DNA from: Candidatus Micrarchaeota archaeon
GTDB lineage: Archaea > Micrarchaeota > Micrarchaeia > Norongarragalinales > UBA8480
Reading direction: 5' to 3'
Assembly: GCA_043805855.1 (NCBI GenBank)
Contig: JAZDHP010000005.1
Location: forward strand, 11,480 to 75,479
Length of the DNA stretch: 64,000 bases
The translations under genes were made by a program, and so were the position numbers. A model generated the notes under the pieces. The model saw nothing but the letters and a program-made list of their open reading frames with translations, had not been told where the DNA came from and ran no database searches. Positions within the stretch are counted from its first letter, which is position 1. Every line of letters begins with the position of its first letter. This document shows positions 29,678 through 39,418 of the stretch, in pieces.

Positions 29678-30751
29678 ATGGCTAAAGAAGAATTGGAAAA
29701 GGCAAGGAAAGCACTAGAAAAAATGCCTAGACACGGCTGGCTGCCTGTACCTTTGAAAATAGCGCTTTGCAAAAGTCACCTGGATGGCGAAATAACTTCA
29801 GCTGAATTAAATTCACTCGGGGAACACTTTGTCACTATTGAAGACCCAAAAGACGCGCAAGACATGTTGAAAAGCGCAACTGAACAATTACAAACCACTA
29901 ACGCCAGAGTTGTGTTTTTAAATTTACATAGAGAAGCTGAAAAACTTGCCCTTCAAGTTAAAGCAATTAAAAACGCACCAGCTAATGATAGACTTTTCGT
30001 TGAAACAGTTGACCGCGATTCAAGACAAAAGTTAGAAATTCTCCCGCTAGATTTACTTAATGAACTTAAAGCTGGGTTTGCTGAAAAAAAGCTAGATAAA
30101 CTCGAGCTTGAAAACGCACGCTACGCGACTAACTTTTTCATTACCTTAGCAAGGGTAATTCCAAGCCCCTCAACCGCCGCGAAAATCCCCCCCACTTGGA
30201 GAAACGCAGTAACCGCAATTGCAAATAAAACAATGGAAATTCCCGAAGTTGAAGGTAAAGCTAGATACTTACACCGCGCGTTAACTTACATTGCCTATTG
30301 CGAAAAAGATTTACCTTTTTGGCACCGGCCTTTGACTCCTCAAGATGCAGTACATATTGAAAACTTTGCAAAAGCACAAACCGCGCGGCTTGGAACACGG
30401 CACATTTCACCAACTACTTTAAGTGAATTACTTTACGTAAAAGGAATTAAACCAAGGGACAAATATGGCCGCACAATTAAACTAAATGGTAGAATGACTT
30501 TGAAACATGCAGATATATTTAAACGAGAAATTGAACGTAGGCTTGACCCAATTCACTTTAAAGTGCGAGTTGCACAAACTACATTAGAACCAAAGGCAAA
30601 AAGAAACATAGAAGTAACCGCACTTAGCTCAGAAGGCGACGATTTCTTAAGTGAAATAAAAACCCCAATATATCGAAGAAGGGTGGCTTTAACATTTAAA
30701 AAAATTACTAGACCTTTGTGGCCAAGGGCAAAAAGAGCAGAATTTAATTAA
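29678..30751 (+). CDS. RHGWLP family paralogue 1 (unknown function)
   Basis: MPRHGWLP, G.HFVTI, LP..LL.E.K and LDPIHF motifs, with a basic C-terminal tail. Confidence 0.7.
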   Translation: MAKEELEKARKALEKMPRHGWLPVPLKIALCKSHLDGEITSAELNSLGEHFVTIEDPKDAQDMLKSATEQLQTTNARVVFLNLHREAEKLALQVKAIKNAPANDRLFVETVDRDSRQKLEILPLDLLNELKAGFAEKKLDKLELENARYATNFFITLARVIPSPSTAAKIPPTWRNAVTAIANKTMEIPEVEGKARYLHRALTYIAYCEKDLPFWHRPLTPQDAVHIENFAKAQTARLGTRHISPTTLSELLYVKGIKPRDKYGRTIKLNGRMTLKHADIFKREIERRLDPIHFKVRVAQTTLEPKAKRNIEVTALSSEGDDFLSEIKTPIYRRRVALTFKKITRPLWPRAKRAEFN

Positions 30752-30782
30752 TAAAAAGCAACAAATAAACTGGTGAAAAACA

Positions 30783-32120
30783 ATGGCAGAAAAAGCAACA
30801 CCCCTTGAAGAATATTTCGGGTCGATGTCGCGTCATGGTTGGCTTCCTGGCCCGTTGAAAAAGGCTATTTTCCGCGATTTAGCTGGCAGGCCAGGAACGG
30901 CAAAAACGCTACGCGAAATTGGCAACCACTTTGTAACAATAAGCGACGTACAACGCGCTCAACCAACAATCACACGAGCAACCCAAATGCTAGCAACACA
31001 CGGCGCACAAAAAGCGCTACAACACCTGCTAACCGAAACAAAAAAACTAGCGGCAACTATTCCTTCCCCATTGCCAACTGCAGCTTCAACTGTCAACGCA
31101 ACAGCAACACGTGCTGCAGCAGCTAAAATTCCACGGCCAAGCGAAAGTCCAACTGAACCAACAACAGCTAGAATTCCTAGACCTGGAAATAACCCGCCAG
31201 AGTCAAAATCTCTTGTTGGCGGGGTTTCAGTTGTGGAGCTTGAAAAAATAAAACCAGTTAGACGTGAAATTCCAATTACAACAGTAGCATATCAAGTTGT
31301 ACCGTTTGGACAAGAACCTTGGTTCTTGCATGAAACTGAAGCACCAAAGCCAAAGCTATTACACCAAGCACAACCTTATGCACATGCACTATACCTGCGA
31401 GACACGCGCCCAGAAGCACAAGCAACTTTAGAACAATATTTACCAGCACCGCTATTAGATGAAATTAAAACAGCATATGCCCGCGGTTTGCTTGATAGAA
31501 AACTACACGAACCAGGCGATGAATACCACGAAAACGTTTTTCACGAAATAGCTGACTACTTAGATTATGGCAGTCATAACTCAAACACTTCAAACCATAA
31601 ACCGCAATGGACTGCCTTATTGCACGCCGTTCTACAGCGAGTTGATAGACAAAGAAGCACGCGGCACAAAGTAGATTATCTACTTAGCGCATTGAACCGC
31701 ACGGCTGCAACTGCCAACTTAGAAAACCCATTTGAACTTGGCCTTATAGAAGCTTTAACAAAAGCGCATGAAAAAGAACTAGGCGTTAGAGGCAAACACA
31801 TTTCGTCATACGATTTACGCTACTTACTCTACGACGAAGGGTATGCCGTAGCACCCCGCAGTGAAGCAGCTAGCATTTCAATCAAACATCCACTAAACAC
31901 AAAAACTAACCGAATAACAGCGGCGCAATTACAAACTCATCTAGACCCAGTACATTTTAGCATACAACGAAATGGGAGAAATGAAGTTTCAATACACGCC
32001 AACACAATGGAAGGCGTCGCGTTTATAGATCGAATGGAACTACTGAGAGGAAAAAGCTTAAGTTTAAGACGCCGCGTAGCTCGCTTGGGCAAAATGGCAA
32101 GTCTAAAATTCGGCAAGTAA
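30783..32120 (+). CDS. RHGWLP family paralogue 2
   Basis: MSRHGWLPG, GNHFVTI, a Pro-rich linker, LDPVHF and a basic C-terminal tail. Confidence 0.7.
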   Translation: MAEKATPLEEYFGSMSRHGWLPGPLKKAIFRDLAGRPGTAKTLREIGNHFVTISDVQRAQPTITRATQMLATHGAQKALQHLLTETKKLAATIPSPLPTAASTVNATATRAAAAKIPRPSESPTEPTTARIPRPGNNPPESKSLVGGVSVVELEKIKPVRREIPITTVAYQVVPFGQEPWFLHETEAPKPKLLHQAQPYAHALYLRDTRPEAQATLEQYLPAPLLDEIKTAYARGLLDRKLHEPGDEYHENVFHEIADYLDYGSHNSNTSNHKPQWTALLHAVLQRVDRQRSTRHKVDYLLSALNRTAATANLENPFELGLIEALTKAHEKELGVRGKHISSYDLRYLLYDEGYAVAPRSEAASISIKHPLNTKTNRITAAQLQTHLDPVHFSIQRNGRNEVSIHANTMEGVAFIDRMELLRGKSLSLRRRVARLGKMASLKFGK

Positions 32121-32133
32121 AAAACTTAGCTAG

Positions 32134-34137
32134 CTACCCGGCTTTTTTCTTTACGTTTACATCTTCGCTGCACTTGGGGCAAGTGTAGACAAAGCTATTT
32201 TCAAGTGGTTTAATTGACGGAGAGCAGTTCGCGCACATTCCCGTACCACAATACGGGCAGAAAATTATCCTGCCAGTTTTAGAATGACAAGTTGGACAGC
32301 CGGTTGTCTTATCCGCTTGCATTTGTACAAAAGAAACGTCAGACCTTTGCGATTCAGGCGCTGCCCGTACAGGAGATTCAGTTGCCTGGGATAACCTTGC
32401 AAAAATATCGTTGCCGCCGCTTGAACTTTCAGAGGAAGAAACTGAAGCAGATGACATAGCAGCTGAAGTATTTGCAAACAAATCATTACCACCAGTACTG
32501 GACGCTGATTCTTGCTTTGGCGCTGGAGAAGAAGCGAATAAATCATTTCCAAGAATATCTGACACTGACAACCCAACTTCTGGTTTTGTTTGCTGTGCAG
32601 CAGCGGCGCTTGCTACCGACGCAGCTGTCCTTACATGCGCGACAGATGCGACTGCAGTTGCAACTGGAACTTTCGGCGCGTTCACATTTACAACGTCGCT
32701 TGGCTTAACTGCCGGCGTTTTTATTTGCGAGTAAACATCTTGCACCATCAACCCGAATTCTTCAGTTTGTGCAACATCTTTATTTGCAATTACATTCACT
32801 TCATCACTTAGCAAATAGCGACGGTGAACCGGCCCACTAGTAGTTTGCGCTTTTATTTGATCTTCTTTTGTAACTGAACTGACTAACTCTTGAATTTCAC
32901 TTTCTTCTTTTTTCTTAGTTTCAAGCGCCTTACGCTGCGCTTCAAGTTTCTTGCGCTCAGCTTCCTTTATACCGCGCCACGTCGCAAAACTCGGCGGCTC
33001 GTTTGGGTTAACTTTAGCGGGAACCGCTACTACTTTCTTAGTAGGAACAACCACGCCCACTTTAGCCGGAACAACCGCCACTTTAACAGGAGTCTGTTTT
33101 TTGTTTCCGCCGAATAAAAATCCAAAAAATCCACCGCCACTACTACCTTGCTTTTTAGGAACTGCTGCAACCGGCACCGGTTTAACTTCAAGTGATTTTT
33201 TATCAATAGACGGTTTTAACTGCGAAGCTATTGCAGCTTTACCAACAGCGGGTTTTGTAACTACTTCACTAGAAACTACAGGATTAACTTCTAGAACCGA
33301 AGGTGGGAAAAGCGTTGACGGAGAAGCAATCGCAACTGGCGGCTGTGAAGTAATTTGAAATTTTACCTCAACTGGCTTTTCAATTGTTTGTCTTTTCAAG
33401 TGTTCAAGCTGCGCTTCGTCTTTTACTTCTCTTGGCTTTTCAATTACAATAGGCGCAATTTCGACAGGCGCAACGTTGGGCTTTTCAACTTTTGCACTTT
33501 TCGCTTCAACTTTTTTAGTTTCAGGCTTTTTAGCATCTACTTTTCTAGTTTCTATTTTTTTCACTTCAACTTTTTTCGTTTCTGCTTTTTTTATTTCAAC
33601 AACCCGTTGTTGAACTTTTTCAACATAAGTTTGCGTTTCGCCAATCGAAGTCATTAGCCTTTCTTTTCTCGCTTCATTTTTCTTAACTTCTTTATCTTCA
33701 ACTTTTTTAATTTCTGCAAGTGCAACTTTACTTGCTTTTAACGTGACTTTTTGCGCTTTTCCAGAGGCACTAGAGGCAGCTACATGTACAGCCGTTGGAA
33801 TTGGAGCAATTGGAATTCCAACTGTTACAAATTTACGCGAAGTTGCGCCAAATAGGAAAAACACACGCATTACTAAGAAATAGAATAGCATAACAATGAA
33901 CAATAGCGGCATTGCAAATGAATCTAGTTTAAACGCGCGTTGTCCAGATATGCCAAAGTCAAGCAGAAACGCAGTAAACGCAATTGCAAGCGAAACCACT
34001 ATAACCGTGACTAATTTTTTCTTACTGTCAAAAGTTCTTATCTCAGGATATACAAAACGCAGGACAAGATAACCTATTGAAAAAGCGCCTGCTAGATAAA
34101 ATAAAATAAACACAGCGGCAATTGCTTCTTCTAACAT
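32134..34137 (-). CDS. Membrane protein with long low-complexity linker and C-terminal zinc-binding (4x CxxC) domain
   Basis: Three N-terminal TM helices, KKVE(V/A)-type repeats, then CPTC, CPYC, CANC and CPKC. Confidence 0.75.
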   Translation of the reverse strand: MLEEAIAAVFILFYLAGAFSIGYLVLRFVYPEIRTFDSKKKLVTVIVVSLAIAFTAFLLDFGISGQRAFKLDSFAMPLLFIVMLFYFLVMRVFFLFGATSRKFVTVGIPIAPIPTAVHVAASSASGKAQKVTLKASKVALAEIKKVEDKEVKKNEARKERLMTSIGETQTYVEKVQQRVVEIKKAETKKVEVKKIETRKVDAKKPETKKVEAKSAKVEKPNVAPVEIAPIVIEKPREVKDEAQLEHLKRQTIEKPVEVKFQITSQPPVAIASPSTLFPPSVLEVNPVVSSEVVTKPAVGKAAIASQLKPSIDKKSLEVKPVPVAAVPKKQGSSGGGFFGFLFGGNKKQTPVKVAVVPAKVGVVVPTKKVVAVPAKVNPNEPPSFATWRGIKEAERKKLEAQRKALETKKKEESEIQELVSSVTKEDQIKAQTTSGPVHRRYLLSDEVNVIANKDVAQTEEFGLMVQDVYSQIKTPAVKPSDVVNVNAPKVPVATAVASVAHVRTAASVASAAAAQQTKPEVGLSVSDILGNDLFASSPAPKQESASSTGGNDLFANTSAAMSSASVSSSESSSGGNDIFARLSQATESPVRAAPESQRSDVSFVQMQADKTTGCPTCHSKTGRIIFCPYCGTGMCANCSPSIKPLENSFVYTCPKCSEDVNVKKKAG

Positions 34138-34239
34138 AGATAAAAAAACACAGAGGCGCAATAAAAACTTGCACTTTTACATGGCAAAGGAGTTTAAAGC
34201 CGAAAATCGTAACAAGAATAGCAAAAAAAGTGGTTTTGT

Positions 34240-34491
34240 ATGATTGACTTCAGTGCATTGCTTTCCCAAAGTTGGTTCATTTTACTATTATCTCTACTAT
34301 TAACGCTCATTACCTTGCCATTTGTGCTAGTATTTTCATTTGTTTATGACTATCTAATAAAGCACCATTCTAAAACGCCGAAAATCCTAGTTATGTTAAT
34401 TTGTACGTTTCTAGCAGTTCTAATCGCGGTTATAATAATTGAAATTTATCTAGGGTACACCCTACCCCAGCTATTTACCGCTACGAGCTAA
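34240..34491 (+). CDS. Small two-TM membrane protein
   Basis: 83 aa with two hydrophobic helices. TTTAAA upstream. Confidence 0.65.
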   Translation: MIDFSALLSQSWFILLLSLLLTLITLPFVLVFSFVYDYLIKHHSKTPKILVMLICTFLAVLIAVIIIEIYLGYTLPQLFTATS

Positions 34492-34545
34492 CTGCCCAAG
34501 AGGTATTTAAAGTAAAAACTCCTTTGTATTTACTGAAACACTCCC

Positions 34546-37500
34546 ATGAATTTAAAAGGCAATTTAAGCGCATTTTTCATAATTATATTTACTCTTGAAA
34601 TCTTCTCTCCATTAGCGTTCGCTTATACTCCGCTTCCACTTGGTTCGCCAGCAACAACAATACCAACTACAATTGGCTCGCGTTACAACGTTCCTGGCCA
34701 GTGTGAAGTTAATGAAATGACTCCCGAACAAGTGCAACTATTCTGGATACAAACGCAGAACTTCCGCGGCGACCAAATTAACTCAAAAACAGACGAGGCG
34801 TTAATGACTACAAAACCATCTGGAACTACGATTAATTTAAACGTCAATAATTTTCCAGCTGACTCTGGCGAAAAAGTCCATCCATTTGTAGATATTGCAC
34901 GGTTATTAGGCCTAGATGAAAAAAAGAGAAAAGAAGCAGCGCAGTTTCTTGGAAAAAGAGAAACAGATCGGATAAGCAACAAAGAAGCGCATCAACTTGC
35001 AAAGAAATATGAAAAAAACGAAGGTGAGTTCGGCACTTTGTTAGATGCTTTCCGCGGAACTGCAAGTGAAGAGAGTCCTGCTTATGAAAGCTATAAGTTG
35101 AAAACTAATGGCGGCGGCGAAATTCCTTCAACTGCATTGCAAGGCAAGACGCCAATTGACGAGTGTATAATTAACAACGCGCACGTGCAAGGCAAAGCTT
35201 CTTACGTTGTGTCAACTTCCAAAGACGTTGCAATTGCAGCTGACAGTTCCCAAACTCAAAGCGAAAAAGTAAACTTTTTACATTCAACTAACACGCTTGG
35301 CAGTTTAGACTTGCAAGGCGCAAGCACGTTGATAATACCAAAGCACTATAAGGAACTTGTAACTAGATTAAAAAAATGGCTAGCAGCTGACTTATTAGCT
35401 TCAATTGGGCAAACTACTGTTTTCTTTGGTGAAAAAAATGCACTTAGCAAAAGCCAAGAGAAGCTAAAGGAAATTGTAGAACGCAAAAGAGACTTTGGTT
35501 TAGACCAAATCGCTTTTAGCCGCATTCAAGACAGCCCACTGAAACTGGAAGTTTATGGACTCGGGAGTAGGCTAAGCGTTACAAAAAGCGAGCTACAACA
35601 GTCTGTTGAAAAAATGCAACTTAATTTCATACGAATGCATGCGGGAAACGTAGAAATCACAGACGACGTCATTGCGCGGTTAAACACAGACCCGCAGTTT
35701 GCAACGCGTTATAATTCATTGCAAAAAATTCAAAATGAACTTGAAAGTGCTACGTCACTTAAACCAACTGACCCTGCAGATGATATTTATCAAAAGTATA
35801 AAAATGACCTTCACGGAGTAGCAGGAATAAATGACGCCGATCAAATTGAAATTCAAAATGCGCAAGAACGATTAAGGACAAATCAAGATTATGTTAAAAC
35901 ACTTAATGATTTAAATGGAAAAACTTACAAAGCTGATCTAGAAAAGGTTAAAAGAAAACTGGCAGGTAGAACTGGGGAGTCTTGGTTTCGTTTAGCAATG
36001 GGAATGGCGTGGCTTGGACCTGGCCGCTTTGTGTTTGAATTAGCTGATGGCGTTGACTTTGTTCCAATTTCAAACAAGGCATTTGCAGAAAACTACGTTA
36101 CAATAATGGCAGATAATACCGACTTAGCGGGAGAATTCAGGCGAGCAACAAACTGGGTGTTATCTGGAACAGTTACTGACATGCTTTCAGATGCAACTGG
36201 CGAAGGCATTCCAACTGCAGCGTACCGCGTTGGGAATTTAATTATAGTTAACAACCCAGTTGAAGATCAGACGGTAACCGGCACTTCAGTTACTAGCTTA
36301 CAAAACAACGGCGGCAAATGGAACATAGGCACAGAATGGAAAGGAAAGTCAGATGCATTAGTTGCAGAACAGCTAACAACTGAAAATGAATACGCTCGCT
36401 TGCCAATGGAAGTAAAAGGACAAGCTTGGAATTTGAAAATAAGGGCAAGGCAAGAATTTTCTACTTTTTATGACACAATGATATACCTAGCGCCGCTACT
36501 AAGTTGGCGAATACTAGGCGCAACAGATTATGCTGTAACAATTTTTAGAGTAGCAGTTTATGACTTTTACGTTACAGATTTTGTTAACCCTGCCGCGTTT
36601 AAGAAAGACGAAGTTTGCTCAGATGAAGAAATTGACAAATATGTAAATTGGTATATGGGAGCAACTTTGGTAAACCAAGGCTTAGGTTGGGCGCCAATCT
36701 TAACCCCCTGGTTTAAAGGACTCAGTACAGTTACAAAAGTAAGCGCTGCTCTAAACAGCAAGACGAAGATTTTTACAGGGCCATTTATTGATAAATACGT
36801 AAAGTCAATAGGAAAGGTGCTTGACCCAGTTACCTTAGCACAGATGTACATTGCAGGTGAAGCATTGGACTACGCTTCAAATTGCAAGGACGACCAGTAT
36901 ACTATTTTAGCATACCAGCAGTTAAAGAAAAAGAGCGCAGCTACAATTTCAGACAGATTACAGTCAATTGGAGGTAGTGATTTCTTAAGCAAGTTAAACG
37001 TCGGACAAGCAGTAAAGGGAGTTGGCCAGCAAGTTGACACAGCTACAATGTCTGAATACGTTAACTTCCGAGCTGTTTTGGAAAACCAAGTTTCTTCAAT
37101 AACTGCAGATGAAATTTACTTCCTGCACTTTAAAGGCGATTCAATAGAATGGATTAACAACATAAAAACAAACACGGCACAACCAGAAATGTGCCAACGC
37201 GAGTGCCTTGACAGTAAAACTAAAGTTTGCTGTAGAGATGCAACTGGAACCGAATGCACAGATAAAGCAACCGGCGTAAAAACACAAATAGCCGGCAAAG
37301 AAAGAAGTTTAATGGCAAAAAGATTTACCAACTTAGCGTTGGTTTTAACTCCAAACAAGTACATTTCAACTTCGCTTGGCGGCTGCCCCGGAAATATTTT
37401 ACAAATTGACAGTAGTAAAAACATTCAATTAACAAGCGGTACAACTTGCACCGGCGGAACGTGCATCTTGAATCAATTACAGTATTTAACCGGCAGGCAA

Positions 37501-38610
37501 GTGAACAGTGACTTGACAAGCGTGCTTGGAAAAGTTACTGGAATTTACACTACTAGCGGTTCAGTTCAAATTTCAGATGGAGCAATTAGGTTCAACCCGA
37601 GCGAAGCAATTAATGACCAAATGGAAATAAGAAGCCCAGGCGCAGGCGTAATACAAACCGCAAGTTCAAGCGAAGAGTTGGCTTACAAACAAGCAGCGAT
37701 GCTTGCAATTGACAACAACGGCGGCGTTACACTCAGCGGTTACATTACTTCTAAATCACCTGAACAAGTGCCAGCCGGCGAACTTATAACAATAATGACC
37801 GAACGCGGTCGCATAAACTATATGGGCGGCGGGAGAGTACAAATATTCTTACACACACTAGCACAGGGAGACGCTGGTTTGATAAATGGATTTACAACAA
37901 TGCCAGTTCAATACAACCAATGCCCCGGCTACAACGCACCTGGAATAAAAATATCTAATTTACAGGGATACGCTGGCCCCGGCGACCAAGTTGCCGCACA
38001 GTTAAACGCAGCTTTACAACAAATTCAAGGCTGTAACGGAATGCAAGTGCTTGAAACAAAAGATAAGAAAATAATGTTCGGAACAAACGCAAACGGAGAA
38101 CCAGTTTTGAGAATTATTGACAAAAACACAGGAGAAGTTACCGAAGCGCGTATAAATGGTCCAATTCGCCGAGAGGGTAACGAAATTATAGTTCCAACTG
38201 ACAAGGGAGAATTTAGGTTCAATATAGGAATGGGCGAAAACGGCCAGCCAATGCTTTCACTAACAGGACCAAACGGGTTACAAGAAAATGGCCCATTGTT
38301 AAGAGCAAATGGACTTGGCGGCATGTTAGTTTTTGACCCGGCAACAGGACAATGGCATGTGTTAAACGGCCAAGATTTGGCAATGAACGACAACTTTGCA
38401 AAGTACGGCACATCATACGGCCGCGATACAAAAGGAAACTTCGTCGGCTCACCTGGAGCAGACTTCCTGTCACCTTCATCTAAAAGAGTTTCAACAAGCG
38501 GCAACTCACTCGCTTCGCTACCTTCATGGCCAGAGGAATCGCCAATTTTGCTAGTAGTTATTGTACTTACGTTGTTAGCCGTTGCGTTTGTACGCTGGAG
38601 AAAAGTTTAA
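34546..38610 (+). CDS. Large secreted protein with C-terminal tripartite membrane anchor
   Basis: N-terminal signal peptide (...PLAFA/). C-terminus LPSWPEE + TM helix + RWRKV. Confidence 0.75.
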   Translation: MNLKGNLSAFFIIIFTLEIFSPLAFAYTPLPLGSPATTIPTTIGSRYNVPGQCEVNEMTPEQVQLFWIQTQNFRGDQINSKTDEALMTTKPSGTTINLNVNNFPADSGEKVHPFVDIARLLGLDEKKRKEAAQFLGKRETDRISNKEAHQLAKKYEKNEGEFGTLLDAFRGTASEESPAYESYKLKTNGGGEIPSTALQGKTPIDECIINNAHVQGKASYVVSTSKDVAIAADSSQTQSEKVNFLHSTNTLGSLDLQGASTLIIPKHYKELVTRLKKWLAADLLASIGQTTVFFGEKNALSKSQEKLKEIVERKRDFGLDQIAFSRIQDSPLKLEVYGLGSRLSVTKSELQQSVEKMQLNFIRMHAGNVEITDDVIARLNTDPQFATRYNSLQKIQNELESATSLKPTDPADDIYQKYKNDLHGVAGINDADQIEIQNAQERLRTNQDYVKTLNDLNGKTYKADLEKVKRKLAGRTGESWFRLAMGMAWLGPGRFVFELADGVDFVPISNKAFAENYVTIMADNTDLAGEFRRATNWVLSGTVTDMLSDATGEGIPTAAYRVGNLIIVNNPVEDQTVTGTSVTSLQNNGGKWNIGTEWKGKSDALVAEQLTTENEYARLPMEVKGQAWNLKIRARQEFSTFYDTMIYLAPLLSWRILGATDYAVTIFRVAVYDFYVTDFVNPAAFKKDEVCSDEEIDKYVNWYMGATLVNQGLGWAPILTPWFKGLSTVTKVSAALNSKTKIFTGPFIDKYVKSIGKVLDPVTLAQMYIAGEALDYASNCKDDQYTILAYQQLKKKSAATISDRLQSIGGSDFLSKLNVGQAVKGVGQQVDTATMSEYVNFRAVLENQVSSITADEIYFLHFKGDSIEWINNIKTNTAQPEMCQRECLDSKTKVCCRDATGTECTDKATGVKTQIAGKERSLMAKRFTNLALVLTPNKYISTSLGGCPGNILQIDSSKNIQLTSGTTCTGGTCILNQLQYLTGRQVNSDLTSVLGKVTGIYTTSGSVQISDGAIRFNPSEAINDQMEIRSPGAGVIQTASSSEELAYKQAAMLAIDNNGGVTLSGYITSKSPEQVPAGELITIMTERGRINYMGGGRVQIFLHTLAQGDAGLINGFTTMPVQYNQCPGYNAPGIKISNLQGYAGPGDQVAAQLNAALQQIQGCNGMQVLETKDKKIMFGTNANGEPVLRIIDKNTGEVTEARINGPIRREGNEIIVPTDKGEFRFNIGMGENGQPMLSLTGPNGLQENGPLLRANGLGGMLVFDPATGQWHVLNGQDLAMNDNFAKYGTSYGRDTKGNFVGSPGADFLSPSSKRVSTSGNSLASLPSWPEESPILLVVIVLTLLAVAFVRWRKV

Positions 38611-38663
38611 AACCTCCTTGCAAGTAATATTTACGAAATTAGCAATCACCCACCGTGAATTAA

Positions 38664-39371
38664 ATGGAAGAAGAAACCCAATTGCAAATCACCCAAGAGA
38701 ATCTAAACTTAGAAACGCTAGTCCTGGAACCAACTTGGCGCGAAATTTTACTCGAATTAGTTCGCACTAACCAAATGAACCCATGGGACCTTGACCTTGT
38801 TCTAATCGCTGACAGTTATTTACAAAAAGTACGCGAAATAGCTTCAATTGACTTACGCCTACCGGCAAATGTTATACTTGCAACTTCCCTACTCCTACGT
38901 TTCAAGGCAGACGCGCTTTCACTAGAGGAAACAGTGCAAGATGAATTGTTCGTCGAGGAAACTACACCGCGGGAATTAATCCAAGAAGAGATACCGCAAC
39001 TAATCTTACGCACGAACAACGCACGTAGCCGCAAAGTAACTCTCTCTGAATTGCTAAGCGCAGTTGAAGAAGTAATCAACAGTACAAACACAACGCAACT
39101 AATGTTGCCTGTCCCAAAGATACTTGAACTTGAATTGCCAAAAGAAGACTTACACGAGTTAATTAAAAAAATATACGCGCTGGCAAACGAGTTGAAAGAC
39201 GAAAATGGAACAACTTTATTTTCTTCACTGCTTGACCCAATTCTATTACAACGAAACAAAGGCCACCACGTTGCAAGCCGGCTAATTCCCCTCCTCCATT
39301 TAGTGCAAGAGAGAAAGGCAGACGTGTGGCAAGAACAAATGTTCGGCGAAATTAAGATTAAAGTACTGTAG
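38664..39371 (+). CDS. scpA: Segregation and condensation protein A (kleisin)
   Basis: MNPWDLDL..IAD.YL, AN.IL..S.LLRFKA, RKVTL.EL, LLHL and Q..MFGEI motifs. Confidence 0.9.
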   Translation: MEEETQLQITQENLNLETLVLEPTWREILLELVRTNQMNPWDLDLVLIADSYLQKVREIASIDLRLPANVILATSLLLRFKADALSLEETVQDELFVEETTPRELIQEEIPQLILRTNNARSRKVTLSELLSAVEEVINSTNTTQLMLPVPKILELELPKEDLHELIKKIYALANELKDENGTTLFSSLLDPILLQRNKGHHVASRLIPLLHLVQERKADVWQEQMFGEIKIKVL

Positions 39372-39418
39372 AAAAAGCCACAAAGCATTTTTATAAACTG
39401 CTCCTCTTATTTTAAAGT

